Source: Rhodospirillaceae bacterium (lineage in GTDB: Bacteria > Pseudomonadota > Alphaproteobacteria > Rhodospirillales > Rhodospirillaceae). Taken from it: a DNA stretch of 64,000 nucleotides. The notes below the pieces were generated by a model. It was not told the DNA's origin. It ran no database searches and was given only the letters and a program-made list of their open reading frames with translations. Location: contig JAQWQC010000008.1 in the NCBI GenBank assembly GCA_029245025.1, positions 44,734 through 108,733 of the forward strand. Reading direction: 5' to 3'. Positions within the stretch are counted from its first letter, which is position 1; each line of letters starts with the position of its first letter. This document shows positions 47,965-56,444 of the stretch, in pieces. The translations under genes were made by a program, and so were the position numbers.

Positions 47965-48507
47965 ATGACCACTGAGAACAATTCTGACGCCTATTGGGTT
48001 TTTGGCTACGGCTCCTTGATGTGGCGTCCGGGCTTCCCCTTCGCAGATATGGCCCCTGCCAGGCTCGCGGGCTGGCACCGGGATATGTGCATTCAATCCA
48101 TTCACTATCGGGGTACACCAGATATTCCTGGTCTTGTCAGCGGCCTGACCCCAGGAGGAGAGTGCCAAGGCCGGGCGTATCAGATTCATCCTCACGATGT
48201 CGCAGACGTCGTTGCCTATCTCGACGAACGTGAACTGGTGACCGATGTGTATTTGCCACAACATCATCCCGTGGCCTTGTCAGACGGTCGGTCCGTTTCT
48301 GCACGGGTTTATGTCGCTGATATCGATCACGACCAATTCGCGGGCCATTGGCCGATCAATCAAAAGATTCAGTATTTGCTTCAAGGCACGGGCTCGGAAG
48401 GCCGCAGCCTAGAATACCTAGCGAATATCGTGGATCAGTTGGGCCAGCTTGGCATCACGGATGACGGGCTGAGTGACTTGCTCGCGCAAGCCAAAGCCGC
48501 AGACTAG
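47965..48507 (+). CDS. gamma-glutamylcyclotransferase, ChaC family
   Basis: YWVFGYGSLMWRPGFPF motif. The ORF track starts at TTG 47944; ATG 47965 is plausible. Confidence 0.85.
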   Translation: MTTENNSDAYWVFGYGSLMWRPGFPFADMAPARLAGWHRDMCIQSIHYRGTPDIPGLVSGLTPGGECQGRAYQIHPHDVADVVAYLDERELVTDVYLPQHHPVALSDGRSVSARVYVADIDHDQFAGHWPINQKIQYLLQGTGSEGRSLEYLANIVDQLGQLGITDDGLSDLLAQAKAAD

Positions 48508-48508
48508 T

Positions 48509-49711
48509 TTACTTTTGACCTGGCAGTTTATCCGGGTCCAACCCGAGCATTAATTTCCCATAGGGGACAGCGTTGCCATCCCACGAAAGGGCTTGGTGAC
48601 CTGTGGCTGCCAATACATCTTGGTTGGCGCGGTGGACAAGATTATCAGAGGTGAGGCCACCGCCCCCAAGGGCTTCTGCCAGCCGTTGTGTGGCGCGCCG
48701 GCACATCAGGGACAGATACGCACAGTTGCGGCGGATGCGGTATTGTTCGTGCTCTATCATGTCGCGATCGCTTTGGGCGATCTCTCGCATGATTCGCATA
48801 TCAGCATCGTAGATATCTCTCGCTGCGTCGATCTCAGCCGCAGATTCGGCGATGCGCACGTGCAGGGTTGCAAAACTGTCGAGCCGCTTGCCATCCACTA
48901 TGGATTGCCGAGATTTGACGGTGTTGCAGAAAGCGTCGAGTGCTGCGCGAGCCATGCCGATTACCGGTCCAGCAACGGAGTACTGCACCACCCGCGGCAT
49001 GGGTAAGTTGTAAGTCCATCCCGTGTTGAGAGTTTGCCCGATTGCCTTGCGCTTGTTGAGTTCCGTAAATGGGATCGTGCGATGAGTTGGCACAAATACG
49101 TCATCCACCATCACATTGTGACTACCCGTTCCAGCCAACCCAGGGGGATCCCAAACCGGGTTAATGCGGAAATCCGTAGACGGTAGTATCATCATGGTTG
49201 GTGCAGGCGGACCGTCTTCCTGTGGCACATAGACCATGATGGCGAACCAGCCGTCGGCGGTCACACCAGAGGCGAACACCCATTCCCCTGAGAGTTGATA
49301 TCCACCGCTTACGGCAGTGGCTTCCGCTTTCTTGAAAGCGAAGGCGCCAGCAACCCATGCCTTAGGGTCCGCACCCCAGATTTCGTCCTGAACTTCTGGG
49401 GAGCATTTCGCCAACCACCAATCATGGCTGCCAAGAATCCCTGCGACCCACCCGGTTGAGGAACAATGCCGCGCCAATTCCATGGCAACGTCCGTGTGCG
49501 ATCCAAAAGGCAGCTCTGGTCCCCCAAAGCGTGCTGGTTGGCAAGCGTTGATCAGGCCGTGATCGACAAGGTCGGCGACAGTTTCGTCTGGGAGGCGTCT
49601 AAGTTCACGTGCTTGGTCACGCCGTTCGGCCAGCTTCGGCCCTAAGGCTGCTGCGCGCGCGACAAGGTCTTCTATGGTGACGGAGCCTGCTTTTGCAGAG
49701 TCCGGCGCCAC
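48509..49711 (-). CDS. acyl-CoA-dehydrogenase-fold flavin-dependent monooxygenase, oxygenase component (HsaA/C2-HpaH-like), copy 1
   Basis: RRLPDETVADLVDHGL...QPARFGGPELPFG...STGWVAGILGSHDWWL...GTGSHNVMVDDVFVP resembles HsaA-type group D monooxygenases. GTG start. Confidence 0.8.
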   Translation of the reverse strand: MAPDSAKAGSVTIEDLVARAAALGPKLAERRDQARELRRLPDETVADLVDHGLINACQPARFGGPELPFGSHTDVAMELARHCSSTGWVAGILGSHDWWLAKCSPEVQDEIWGADPKAWVAGAFAFKKAEATAVSGGYQLSGEWVFASGVTADGWFAIMVYVPQEDGPPAPTMMILPSTDFRINPVWDPPGLAGTGSHNVMVDDVFVPTHRTIPFTELNKRKAIGQTLNTGWTYNLPMPRVVQYSVAGPVIGMARAALDAFCNTVKSRQSIVDGKRLDSFATLHVRIAESAAEIDAARDIYDADMRIMREIAQSDRDMIEHEQYRIRRNCAYLSLMCRRATQRLAEALGGGGLTSDNLVHRANQDVLAATGHQALSWDGNAVPYGKLMLGLDPDKLPGQK

Positions 49712-49714
49712 GTT

Positions 49715-50947
49715 TTAGTCCTTCGCTACCGCTGCTGTCCTGCGGTCCAGATCTGTTTGGCCATCATTCAAGCCGAACAACTGTTTGCCCCAAAGCGTTG
49801 CGTTCTTATCCCAAGATAGGGCGCCATGGGCTGCGCCTGACAAAGTATCTGAGAAGGATGTGTGCGCCGGGTTGCTGTCACTCATGCCGCCTGCGCCCAT
49901 GGATTCAATCACGCGTGACGCCGCGCGTTTGGATAGGGTGGCGACGTAAGCGCAGTTGCGTTTGAATTTGAGCAGTTCGTCCGGCCGAAGATTGCGGTCA
50001 TCATCAGCGGCCGCCCACATATGAGCGAGGTCCGCTCTGTATATGGAATGCGCGGCATCAATTTCTGCTGACGATTCCGCCGCCCGAAGTTGCAGGCTTT
50101 GCAGCTCTGCGAGTTTAGATTTGTCCTGGCCTTTGCGACCATTCATGCCATTGATGAAGTGATCGAGTGTGCCCTTGGCGCAGCCGAGCGTCGGGATAGC
50201 CACAGAATATCCAAAGACATCAAGCATGGGCAGTTTGTAAACGGCGCTGGTGTTGAGTTTGCAGCCTGGTGAATCTTTGCTGTTCAATTCAGCGACCCGT
50301 GTCACGCGATGGGCCGGAACAAATAAATCATCGACCACAACATTGTTTGACCCGGTTCCCCGCATACCCGGTGAGAACCAGACGTCGTCAATTGTGTATT
50401 CGCCCTTCTTGAGCAGCACCATTGTCAGGTCGGGAGGGCCATCGCCGTCAAAGACCGGGGTCATTAAGGACACCCAGTCGCAATGATCAATTCCCGAGCA
50501 CCACATCCATGTGCCAGAAACGATGACGCCATCGTCTTTGGGTTTACCCCCTGAGCCGGGCTGTGATGCGAAGGCTGCGCCAACCAGAGCATCGGGGTTA
50601 TCGCCCCAAACTTCATGCTGTGCATCAGGATCATATTTGCCGAGCCACCAGTTGTGACTGCCGATGATTCCGGATACCCAGCCTGTTGACCCACAATGTT
50701 TAGCCAGTTCCATGGCCACATCCGTGTGCGCGCCAAAGGGAAGCTCATAGCCGCCGAACCGTTCCGGCATGCAGGCGCGCAGAACTTTGGAGTCTACGAT
50801 CTCGGCAATTGAGGCGGCTGGGACCGATCGATTGGTAGCAGCCTTTTGGCGTCGCCCAAATATTGCCGGTCCCAAAGCTGAGGCGCGGGCAACAAGCTCC
50901 TCGGCGGTCGCACTGTCCGTGACGGTTTGGGCGGTGTCGGGGGGCAT
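49715..50947 (-). CDS. HsaA-like flavin-dependent monooxygenase oxygenase component, copy 2
   Basis: Paralog: ERFGGYELPFG...STGWVSGIIGSHNWWL...GTGSNNVVVDDLFVP. ATG 50947 has AGGAG 9 nt upstream; the ORF track extends to 50992. Confidence 0.8.
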   Translation of the reverse strand: MPPDTAQTVTDSATAEELVARASALGPAIFGRRQKAATNRSVPAASIAEIVDSKVLRACMPERFGGYELPFGAHTDVAMELAKHCGSTGWVSGIIGSHNWWLGKYDPDAQHEVWGDNPDALVGAAFASQPGSGGKPKDDGVIVSGTWMWCSGIDHCDWVSLMTPVFDGDGPPDLTMVLLKKGEYTIDDVWFSPGMRGTGSNNVVVDDLFVPAHRVTRVAELNSKDSPGCKLNTSAVYKLPMLDVFGYSVAIPTLGCAKGTLDHFINGMNGRKGQDKSKLAELQSLQLRAAESSAEIDAAHSIYRADLAHMWAAADDDRNLRPDELLKFKRNCAYVATLSKRAASRVIESMGAGGMSDSNPAHTSFSDTLSGAAHGALSWDKNATLWGKQLFGLNDGQTDLDRRTAAVAKD

Positions 50948-51032
50948 AGTGTGCGGCTCCTGAGTGGCGAAACAGAATGATCTATAATGCACCGGATGTA
51001 GCGGGATTCCCGGGGCAGGGCAACGGTTGGCG

Positions 51033-52232
51033 TTACGGTCCTAGCTTAGCTTCAGTGAGAACGCCGAGCTTGGCCATGCCATAGGGCAGAGCGCACGTGT
51101 CCCAAACCATTGATATATGGGAGCAGGCTGCCCCAATGTCCGCATAGGCTTTATGGACAAAATTATCATCGGCCAGGCCGCGGGCTCCCATCGCTTCGGC
51201 GAGGCGCCCCGTAGCGCGTTTAGACAATTTCCCAACGTAGGACGCGTTGCGTTTGAAGCGGGCGAGTTCTTCTAGGCTTAGGGCTGGACCTCCTTGAATA
51301 GAGTCCCGGACCCGCACCATGTCGTTTTCATAGAGAAGGCGTGCGCAGTCGATTTCCGCTGATGATTCAGAGGTTCGCATTTGTAGAGTCGCATTACCGG
51401 ATACTTTTTGGGCAAAGACATCCGTGCGCGGCACCATGTCTGCCGAGAAGCTATTTAATGCACCTTCGGCCAATCCAAGCGCGGGGGCAGAGACGCAATA
51501 GTTTATTACGCCGTTCATGGGGAGGCGGTACACGCTATTGGGGTTGCCCTCGGTTCCAGGTGTGTCGAGGCCATTGATTTCGGCATGACCGATGACCCGA
51601 TGTTCAGGGACAAATGCCTCCTCGATGACGAGGTCGTTACTGCCAGTGCCACGCAAACCGACGGTGCGCCAATTGTCTTGAATTTCGTAATCTTTTTTGG
51701 GCACCAACATAAACCAAATCTCTGGTGGTTTATCTTCATACATAATCCGCCCGATGACGATACACCAATCGCAGGCATGAATACCGCTTGAGAGCAGCCA
51801 CCGCCCGGAAATTTTAAATCCACCTTCGACTCGCTCAGTGGTTTGGTAGGCAGATGAAAAAGCTGAAGCGGAAATGGCGTCTGGGTTTTTGCCCCAAATG
51901 TCGTCCTGCGCGGACGGATCGAATTTTCCAAGCATCCAGTGGTGCGTGCCGCAAACGGACACAATCCAGGCAGACGATCCGCAGTGCTTGGCAATTTCTG
52001 CACCGGCTGACGTCTGAGCGCCAAACGGTAGTTCATAGCCGCCGACGCGGGCGGGTTGGCATCCCTTGAGCAAGCCAGCGCCGACTATGTCTCCAATGGT
52101 TTCGTCTGGGATGCGTCGCAGGTCATGGGTTTTAGCGCGTCGCTCGTCCAAAGTCGGACCAATTTTACGCGCTCGTTCGACCAAGTCGTCGACTGTTACT
52201 GCTGAAGCGTCACCGCTGGCGTCCGGGGCCAT
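51033..52232 (-). CDS. HsaA-like flavin-dependent monooxygenase oxygenase component, copy 3
   Basis: Paralog: ARVGGYELPFG...GTHHWMLG...GTGSNDLVIEEAFVP. ATG 52232 (MAPDAS..., GGAG upstream) parallels the copy 1 N-terminus. The ORF track starts at 52247. Confidence 0.8.
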   Translation of the reverse strand: MAPDASGDASAVTVDDLVERARKIGPTLDERRAKTHDLRRIPDETIGDIVGAGLLKGCQPARVGGYELPFGAQTSAGAEIAKHCGSSAWIVSVCGTHHWMLGKFDPSAQDDIWGKNPDAISASAFSSAYQTTERVEGGFKISGRWLLSSGIHACDWCIVIGRIMYEDKPPEIWFMLVPKKDYEIQDNWRTVGLRGTGSNDLVIEEAFVPEHRVIGHAEINGLDTPGTEGNPNSVYRLPMNGVINYCVSAPALGLAEGALNSFSADMVPRTDVFAQKVSGNATLQMRTSESSAEIDCARLLYENDMVRVRDSIQGGPALSLEELARFKRNASYVGKLSKRATGRLAEAMGARGLADDNFVHKAYADIGAACSHISMVWDTCALPYGMAKLGVLTEAKLGP

Positions 52233-52307
52233 ACCCGCAATCTCCATGTGGTCTTGATGCTAAGACGACTCTAGCGGGCGAGCCGGGTGCGGGCAAAGCG
52301 ATTCGGC

Positions 52308-52691
52308 TTAAATCTGACTGAGGTGCGCCAAGTGACCGGCGTTGTCTTCCCAGTTCTGACCATCGAAGGGTTCGACCTGAATTTCGCTAAAAGTGCTTTG
52401 ATCCAGGCAACGTATGTTGACGCTGTAGCCGTCCGGATTCGAGCGCGGGACGTAAAAGGATTTCACCCCACAGGTTCTGCAGAAAAGATGTTGTGCCACA
52501 CCCGTATTAAACGTGTAGGCCGTCAACGCGTCCTCGCCCTCTAGTAGTCTGAACCGATCAGCCGGAACGATGAGGTGAATAAAACCCACTTTCTCACACA
52601 TGGAACAATTGCAGGCTTGCGCGGTTACGGAGGCGTGGGCGACGACTTCAAACGCCACCGCGCCACAATGGCAGCCACCTTTATGCGTTAT
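52308..52691 (-). CDS. GFA-family (glutathione-dependent formaldehyde-activating / CENP-V-like) zinc protein with a non-canonical start
   Basis: CNCSMC and CRTCG motifs lie inside the tracked ORF (52308-52658). The family-typical KGGCHCGAVAFEV begins upstream of the GTG, where the only candidate initiator is ATA at 52691-52689. Confidence 0.65.
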   Translation of the reverse strand: MTHKGGCHCGAVAFEVVAHASVTAQACNCSMCEKVGFIHLIVPADRFRLLEGEDALTAYTFNTGVAQHLFCRTCGVKSFYVPRSNPDGYSVNIRCLDQSTFSEIQVEPFDGQNWEDNAGHLAHLSQI

Positions 52692-52716
52692 GAGAGCGCC
52701 ATCTTTTTTGCCATAG

Positions 52717-53361
52717 TTATGGCGCGAGCCGGGCGCGCAGTTCCTCGTATGGCACCATCACATGCTCCGCATACGCTGCGTTCTCGCGCAGGCGCGCGTA
52801 CCACGCCTCAACGTTGGGGATGGCCGGCCGCTCAATTTCTAACGTGAAGTAGCGATAAAATTGTGTGGCGATGGGAATGTCACCGTAGGTCAATTGATCA
52901 CCGGTGATGAATGCTTGCTTGCCTAGTACTTTATCAAGCTGTGTGAAATTTTCCCCACACGCCTTGGTCAGTTTGGCGAGTAGGGCATGGTCGTGATGTT
53001 CGACCGGTGTTCGATACAGATTCCAAAACAGTTGTATGAAATCATGCTGAAGGACCGTTTGCGCCCATTCCATCCACATATCGGCTGTTGTGCGCGGAGC
53101 GGGGTTTGAGGGCCAGAGTGATCCATCACCGTATTGGGCGGCGAGATAGCGCACAATCGCGTGGCTTTCCCAAACCGTCGCACTGTTATCTTCGAGAATG
53201 GGAATGAGACCGTGTGGATTGCGGGCTTTAATATCTGGCGAATCTAATCCGCCAAATTTTCCGCCGACGTCGATACGTTCATACTCTAGGTCAAGTTCCC
53301 CAATCGCCCACATTACTTTTTGGACGTTTATAGAACTGGCCCTGCCCCAAATTTTCAGCAT
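52717..53361 (-). CDS. glutathione S-transferase
   Basis: 214 aa reading SINVQKVMWAIGELDL...GLIPILED...VWESHAIVRYLA, a GST N-terminal fold pattern. Confidence 0.85.
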   Translation of the reverse strand: MLKIWGRASSINVQKVMWAIGELDLEYERIDVGGKFGGLDSPDIKARNPHGLIPILEDNSATVWESHAIVRYLAAQYGDGSLWPSNPAPRTTADMWMEWAQTVLQHDFIQLFWNLYRTPVEHHDHALLAKLTKACGENFTQLDKVLGKQAFITGDQLTYGDIPIATQFYRYFTLEIERPAIPNVEAWYARLRENAAYAEHVMVPYEELRARLAP

Positions 53362-53392
53362 GGCGTCGTGCTCCCGTTGCTATTTTTCAGCC

Positions 53393-54262
53393 TTAGCTGT
53401 TGACGGTGTCCTCAAAGGCTTTGACATCGTTCAAGCCCAACTTGGTGTTGGTTTCTTCGAGGGAGGCCATTTTATCAAGCCAGGGGCGTGAGTCGCCGGT
53501 CTCCTTGAGGTGAGCAAGAAATTCTGAGACCTGTCGCACGGCAATGCGTGAGGTGGTCGATGGCCAGATCGTGAGTTTGAAACCAATTTCTTCAAGCTCT
53601 TTGGCAGAAAGAATTGGGGTTAGACCTGTCTCACTCATGTTTGCCATCTGAGGGCCAATATCTGCATCGCAAATCTGTTGCAGTTCTTCGAGAGATTTAG
53701 GTCCATCGAAGAAAATCATGTCCGCGCCTGCATCCATAAACATCTTGGCGCGGTCCATGGCCTCGTCCATGCCATGTGGGCCACGTGAATCCGTGCGGGC
53801 GATGATGAGAAGGTCAGGGTCGGTCCGTGAGGCTACGGCGGCTTTGACTTTCCGTTCAGCAACATCTCGAGGCTCAACAAACTTGCCGGCCATATGGCCA
53901 CATTTTTTGGGCCAAATCTGATCTTCCAATTGCACACCTGCGACGCCGAGGGCTTCCATACCTTGGACGGTGCGTTTGACATTGGCGATGTCGCCATAGC
54001 CAGTGTCGCAATCAACGATCAAGGGAATCTCTGTCACCTGGCGCATGGCGCGGACTGTTTCTTCCAATTCTCCGTAACCGATCAGACCAACATCGGGCAC
54101 GCCATAGCGCACACAGGCACAGCCGTAGCCGGTCATGTATCCAACATCGAATCCGGCTTGCTCGATCAACTTGAGATCCAGCGGCGTTCCCGCACCCGGT
54201 GCAACGATCATGCCGGGGGCGGTCATTAGATCTCGAAGTTTCTTGCGTTGGGGCAGACTCAT
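53393..54262 (-). CDS. isocitrate lyase / PEP mutase superfamily enzyme (methylisocitrate-lyase / carboxyPEP-mutase / oxaloacetate-decarboxylase-like)
   Basis: CDTGYGD and EDQIWPKKCGHMAGK motifs. ATG 54262 has AGGAGA 6 nt upstream. Confidence 0.85.
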   Translation of the reverse strand: MSLPQRKKLRDLMTAPGMIVAPGAGTPLDLKLIEQAGFDVGYMTGYGCACVRYGVPDVGLIGYGELEETVRAMRQVTEIPLIVDCDTGYGDIANVKRTVQGMEALGVAGVQLEDQIWPKKCGHMAGKFVEPRDVAERKVKAAVASRTDPDLLIIARTDSRGPHGMDEAMDRAKMFMDAGADMIFFDGPKSLEELQQICDADIGPQMANMSETGLTPILSAKELEEIGFKLTIWPSTTSRIAVRQVSEFLAHLKETGDSRPWLDKMASLEETNTKLGLNDVKAFEDTVNS

Positions 54263-54283
54263 CAATTGTCTCCTATTGCCTTA

Positions 54284-54724
54284 TTAGGCGTTGTCAGTGA
54301 CGAGGCGTTCCATGCACGCTCGCAATTCTGTCGGGATGGGTGTCGGCTTGTTGTCAGGTCGTTGGACAAAAACATGCACAAAATGTCCATTAGCGGCGCA
54401 GTCGTCGTCGCCTTCGATGAATAGTCCAACTTCGTATCGTACTGATGAATTACCGAGCTTGCCGACGCGCAAACCTGCATCGACGACTTGGGGAAATTGA
54501 ATCGGCTTATGAAACGCGCAATGGGTTTCGATGGCGAGGCCGACAATGTCACCATGCTCAAAGTCTAGCCCGCCTTCACGGATCAAGTACTCGTTTATGA
54601 CTGTGTCAAAAAATGAGTAGTACACGACGTTGTTAACGTGCTGATAAACGTCATTGTCCTTCCACCGCGTTGGGATCTGTAGGAAGTGCTTGTAAGCGGA
54701 GCGGGATTCACCGCGCTGGGTCAT
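54284..54724 (-). CDS. hotdog-fold acyl-CoA thioesterase (4HBT/YbgC-like)
   Basis: 146 aa with the N-terminal pattern RWKDNDVYQHVNNVVYYSFFD. Confidence 0.8.
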   Translation of the reverse strand: MTQRGESRSAYKHFLQIPTRWKDNDVYQHVNNVVYYSFFDTVINEYLIREGGLDFEHGDIVGLAIETHCAFHKPIQFPQVVDAGLRVGKLGNSSVRYEVGLFIEGDDDCAANGHFVHVFVQRPDNKPTPIPTELRACMERLVTDNA

Positions 54725-54807
54725 GGCTTGTTATCCTGAACGATATCGCAAGCGCCTCGTATACCGGGCGCACCCTCCGCGAGCAAGCGGCGGGTTAAAG
54801 ACCGAAA

Positions 54808-55653
54808 CTAGAGTTCCGCTAAGACGTCTGCCACTTCATCAGCGTTGGTCATCATCGCGTTACGATGCCAGGGCATGGCGCGATAATCCCATTCCGGGTC
54901 ATCTTTGGCGGGTCCAACCATTCCCATCGTGGTCGGGCTGTAAATCTGTCCAACACAGTGCAGATAGGTCCGGGGCACGCCTTCCCAACCACCGTTTTTC
55001 AGCTCGAGCGTATCAGACCACCCTCGTGCGGGGTGGCGTGTGATGCGGCGTTTTGCCCAGGCGATGTTCTCTTCATCGTCTGCGGGGACAATCATTTCCA
55101 TAGGATATTCCTCAAAGAAATCCATCTGGTACCCGTCGACAAATTTCTCTTTTCTCTTCAGCCAGTAGTCTGAGGGCGAACCGTCTTCTTTTCTGCTTAC
55201 GCCACTGACGCGGTCTCCATGCGGCACCAAGGCATCCAAAAAGACCAACCGCTTGATTCGCTTTTTCATGCGGTCGGCAACGCCTGTGATGGTCAAACCA
55301 GCGAAGGAGTGGCCGACCAAGATCACATTTTGCAATTCTTCATACTCAATGATGTTGGCAATATCCGTGACGTGAGTGTCTAAGCCGACATCAGGGCTCA
55401 TGAGGTGCTTGCGGTCTCCGCACCCTGTGCAGGATGGTGCAAATACGTCATGTCCCCGGGCTGCTAGGTTGCGCCGCACATCGCGCCACTGCCATCCGCC
55501 ATGCCAAGTGCCGTGGACCAAAACAAAAGCTTTGCGCCCGGCGCTGCCGGAGTCACTTGCGGCGAGGGCGGTGCTGGCTGACAGCGCCGAAGCTGCGATG
55601 CCCAAGCCACTAGCGACGGCGCGACGGGAGAGCCCTGATTTGTGAGCGGTCAT
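54808..55653 (-). CDS. Tat-exported alpha/beta hydrolase of the plant-type methylesterase (SABP2/MES-like) family
   Basis: Twin-arginine signal MTAHKSGLSRRAVASGLGIAASALSASTALAA. VLVHGTWHGGWQWRDV and nucleophile elbow GHSFAG. ATG 55653 has AAGGAA upstream; the ORF track extends to 55800. Confidence 0.8.
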   Translation of the reverse strand: MTAHKSGLSRRAVASGLGIAASALSASTALAASDSGSAGRKAFVLVHGTWHGGWQWRDVRRNLAARGHDVFAPSCTGCGDRKHLMSPDVGLDTHVTDIANIIEYEELQNVILVGHSFAGLTITGVADRMKKRIKRLVFLDALVPHGDRVSGVSRKEDGSPSDYWLKRKEKFVDGYQMDFFEEYPMEMIVPADDEENIAWAKRRITRHPARGWSDTLELKNGGWEGVPRTYLHCVGQIYSPTTMGMVGPAKDDPEWDYRAMPWHRNAMMTNADEVADVLAEL

Positions 55654-56002
55654 GGCAGATGTTCCTTGTTTTCTGTGGCTTTCAAAGCGAACAGGCCTTT
55701 TTTTGAGGTTTTTTGCAACCCCAGGCGACCCTTTGCCGTTAGTGGTTGGTAAGGTCGGGCGGTTCAAGGAGTTCTCAAGTGTCGCCGTCTTGACCTGCAC
55801 GCTTAGTCCTCATGGACCGCTCGGCCTTGCCACCGTATCCCGGCGCTTTATGCGTCTTGTGTAAAATCGGAGGCTACAATGGCCAAATATTATGCTCTCG
55901 CACTTTCACTTGCTTACCCTGCCGGCGCTGTCGCGTCTCAGCTTGGGATCACCGTCCTCGGGCTATAGAGAGCCACACCAAAGTCGTACTACGCACGCTT
56001 AA

Positions 56003-56032
56003 CCTCTGCTTGGGTCTTTTGACAAGCAGAGG
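56003..56032 (-). terminator. 10-bp perfect hairpin downstream of the minus-strand small ORF; possible terminator
   Basis: CCTCTGCTTG-(10 nt)-CAAGCAGAGG lies 21 nt after the stop at 56053. No clear U-tract follows, so terminator function is uncertain. Confidence 0.3.
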
Positions 56033-56052
56033 AGTGTTAAGCAGTGAGGCAA

Positions 56053-56412
56053 TCAGTCTTCAAGCTCCGTGTTTTTGCCGTCACCTTTTTGTTGTAACGA
56101 GTCCAGTTCGTCTTGGACGGTTTTGAGCACACGAGCTATGTAGGCGCTGCGGCGTTCTGTACGAACTGCATTGACGTCATCTGGAATTTCGTAGTGCTCT
56201 ATATCATCGACTTTAAAGAGACCGTTGCTTTCGATGAGGCGCTCTACTGTGTCGAGGCGATCTCGCGTCACCGACAGTTCACCCATGAGGGTCAGAACCA
56301 TTGAAAGCAGTTTATCTACGGTGGGGTCGGCAAAGTACTGCGGCTTTTTGCCTTTGGCTGTGCGTGGCAGTTTGATTTTCTTTTGATCATCTTTGGGCAT
56401 GGTGCGTCCCAT
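56053..56412 (-). CDS. small helical protein of unknown family, paralog s1
   Basis: 119 aa. Shares LPRTAKGKK-x-YFADPTVDKL...DRLDTVERLI...DDIE blocks with 59145-59453 and 59480-59833. Starts 32 nt after the methyltransferase stop. Confidence 0.65.
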   Translation of the reverse strand: MGRTMPKDDQKKIKLPRTAKGKKPQYFADPTVDKLLSMVLTLMGELSVTRDRLDTVERLIESNGLFKVDDIEHYEIPDDVNAVRTERRSAYIARVLKTVQDELDSLQQKGDGKNTELED

Positions 56413-56444
56413 CCTTCTTTGCAGTCGTTCTGTTGATTATCGTT

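Noticed and set aside
53393-54262. The ICL/PEPM-family gene as a PEP mutase marking a phosphonate biosynthesis cluster.
   Set aside because: The active-site loop reads EDQIWPKKCGHMAGK, the K(K/R)CGH type seen in lyases and decarboxylases. It is not the EDK-x5-NS signature of true PEP mutases. No phosphonopyruvate decarboxylase is nearby.
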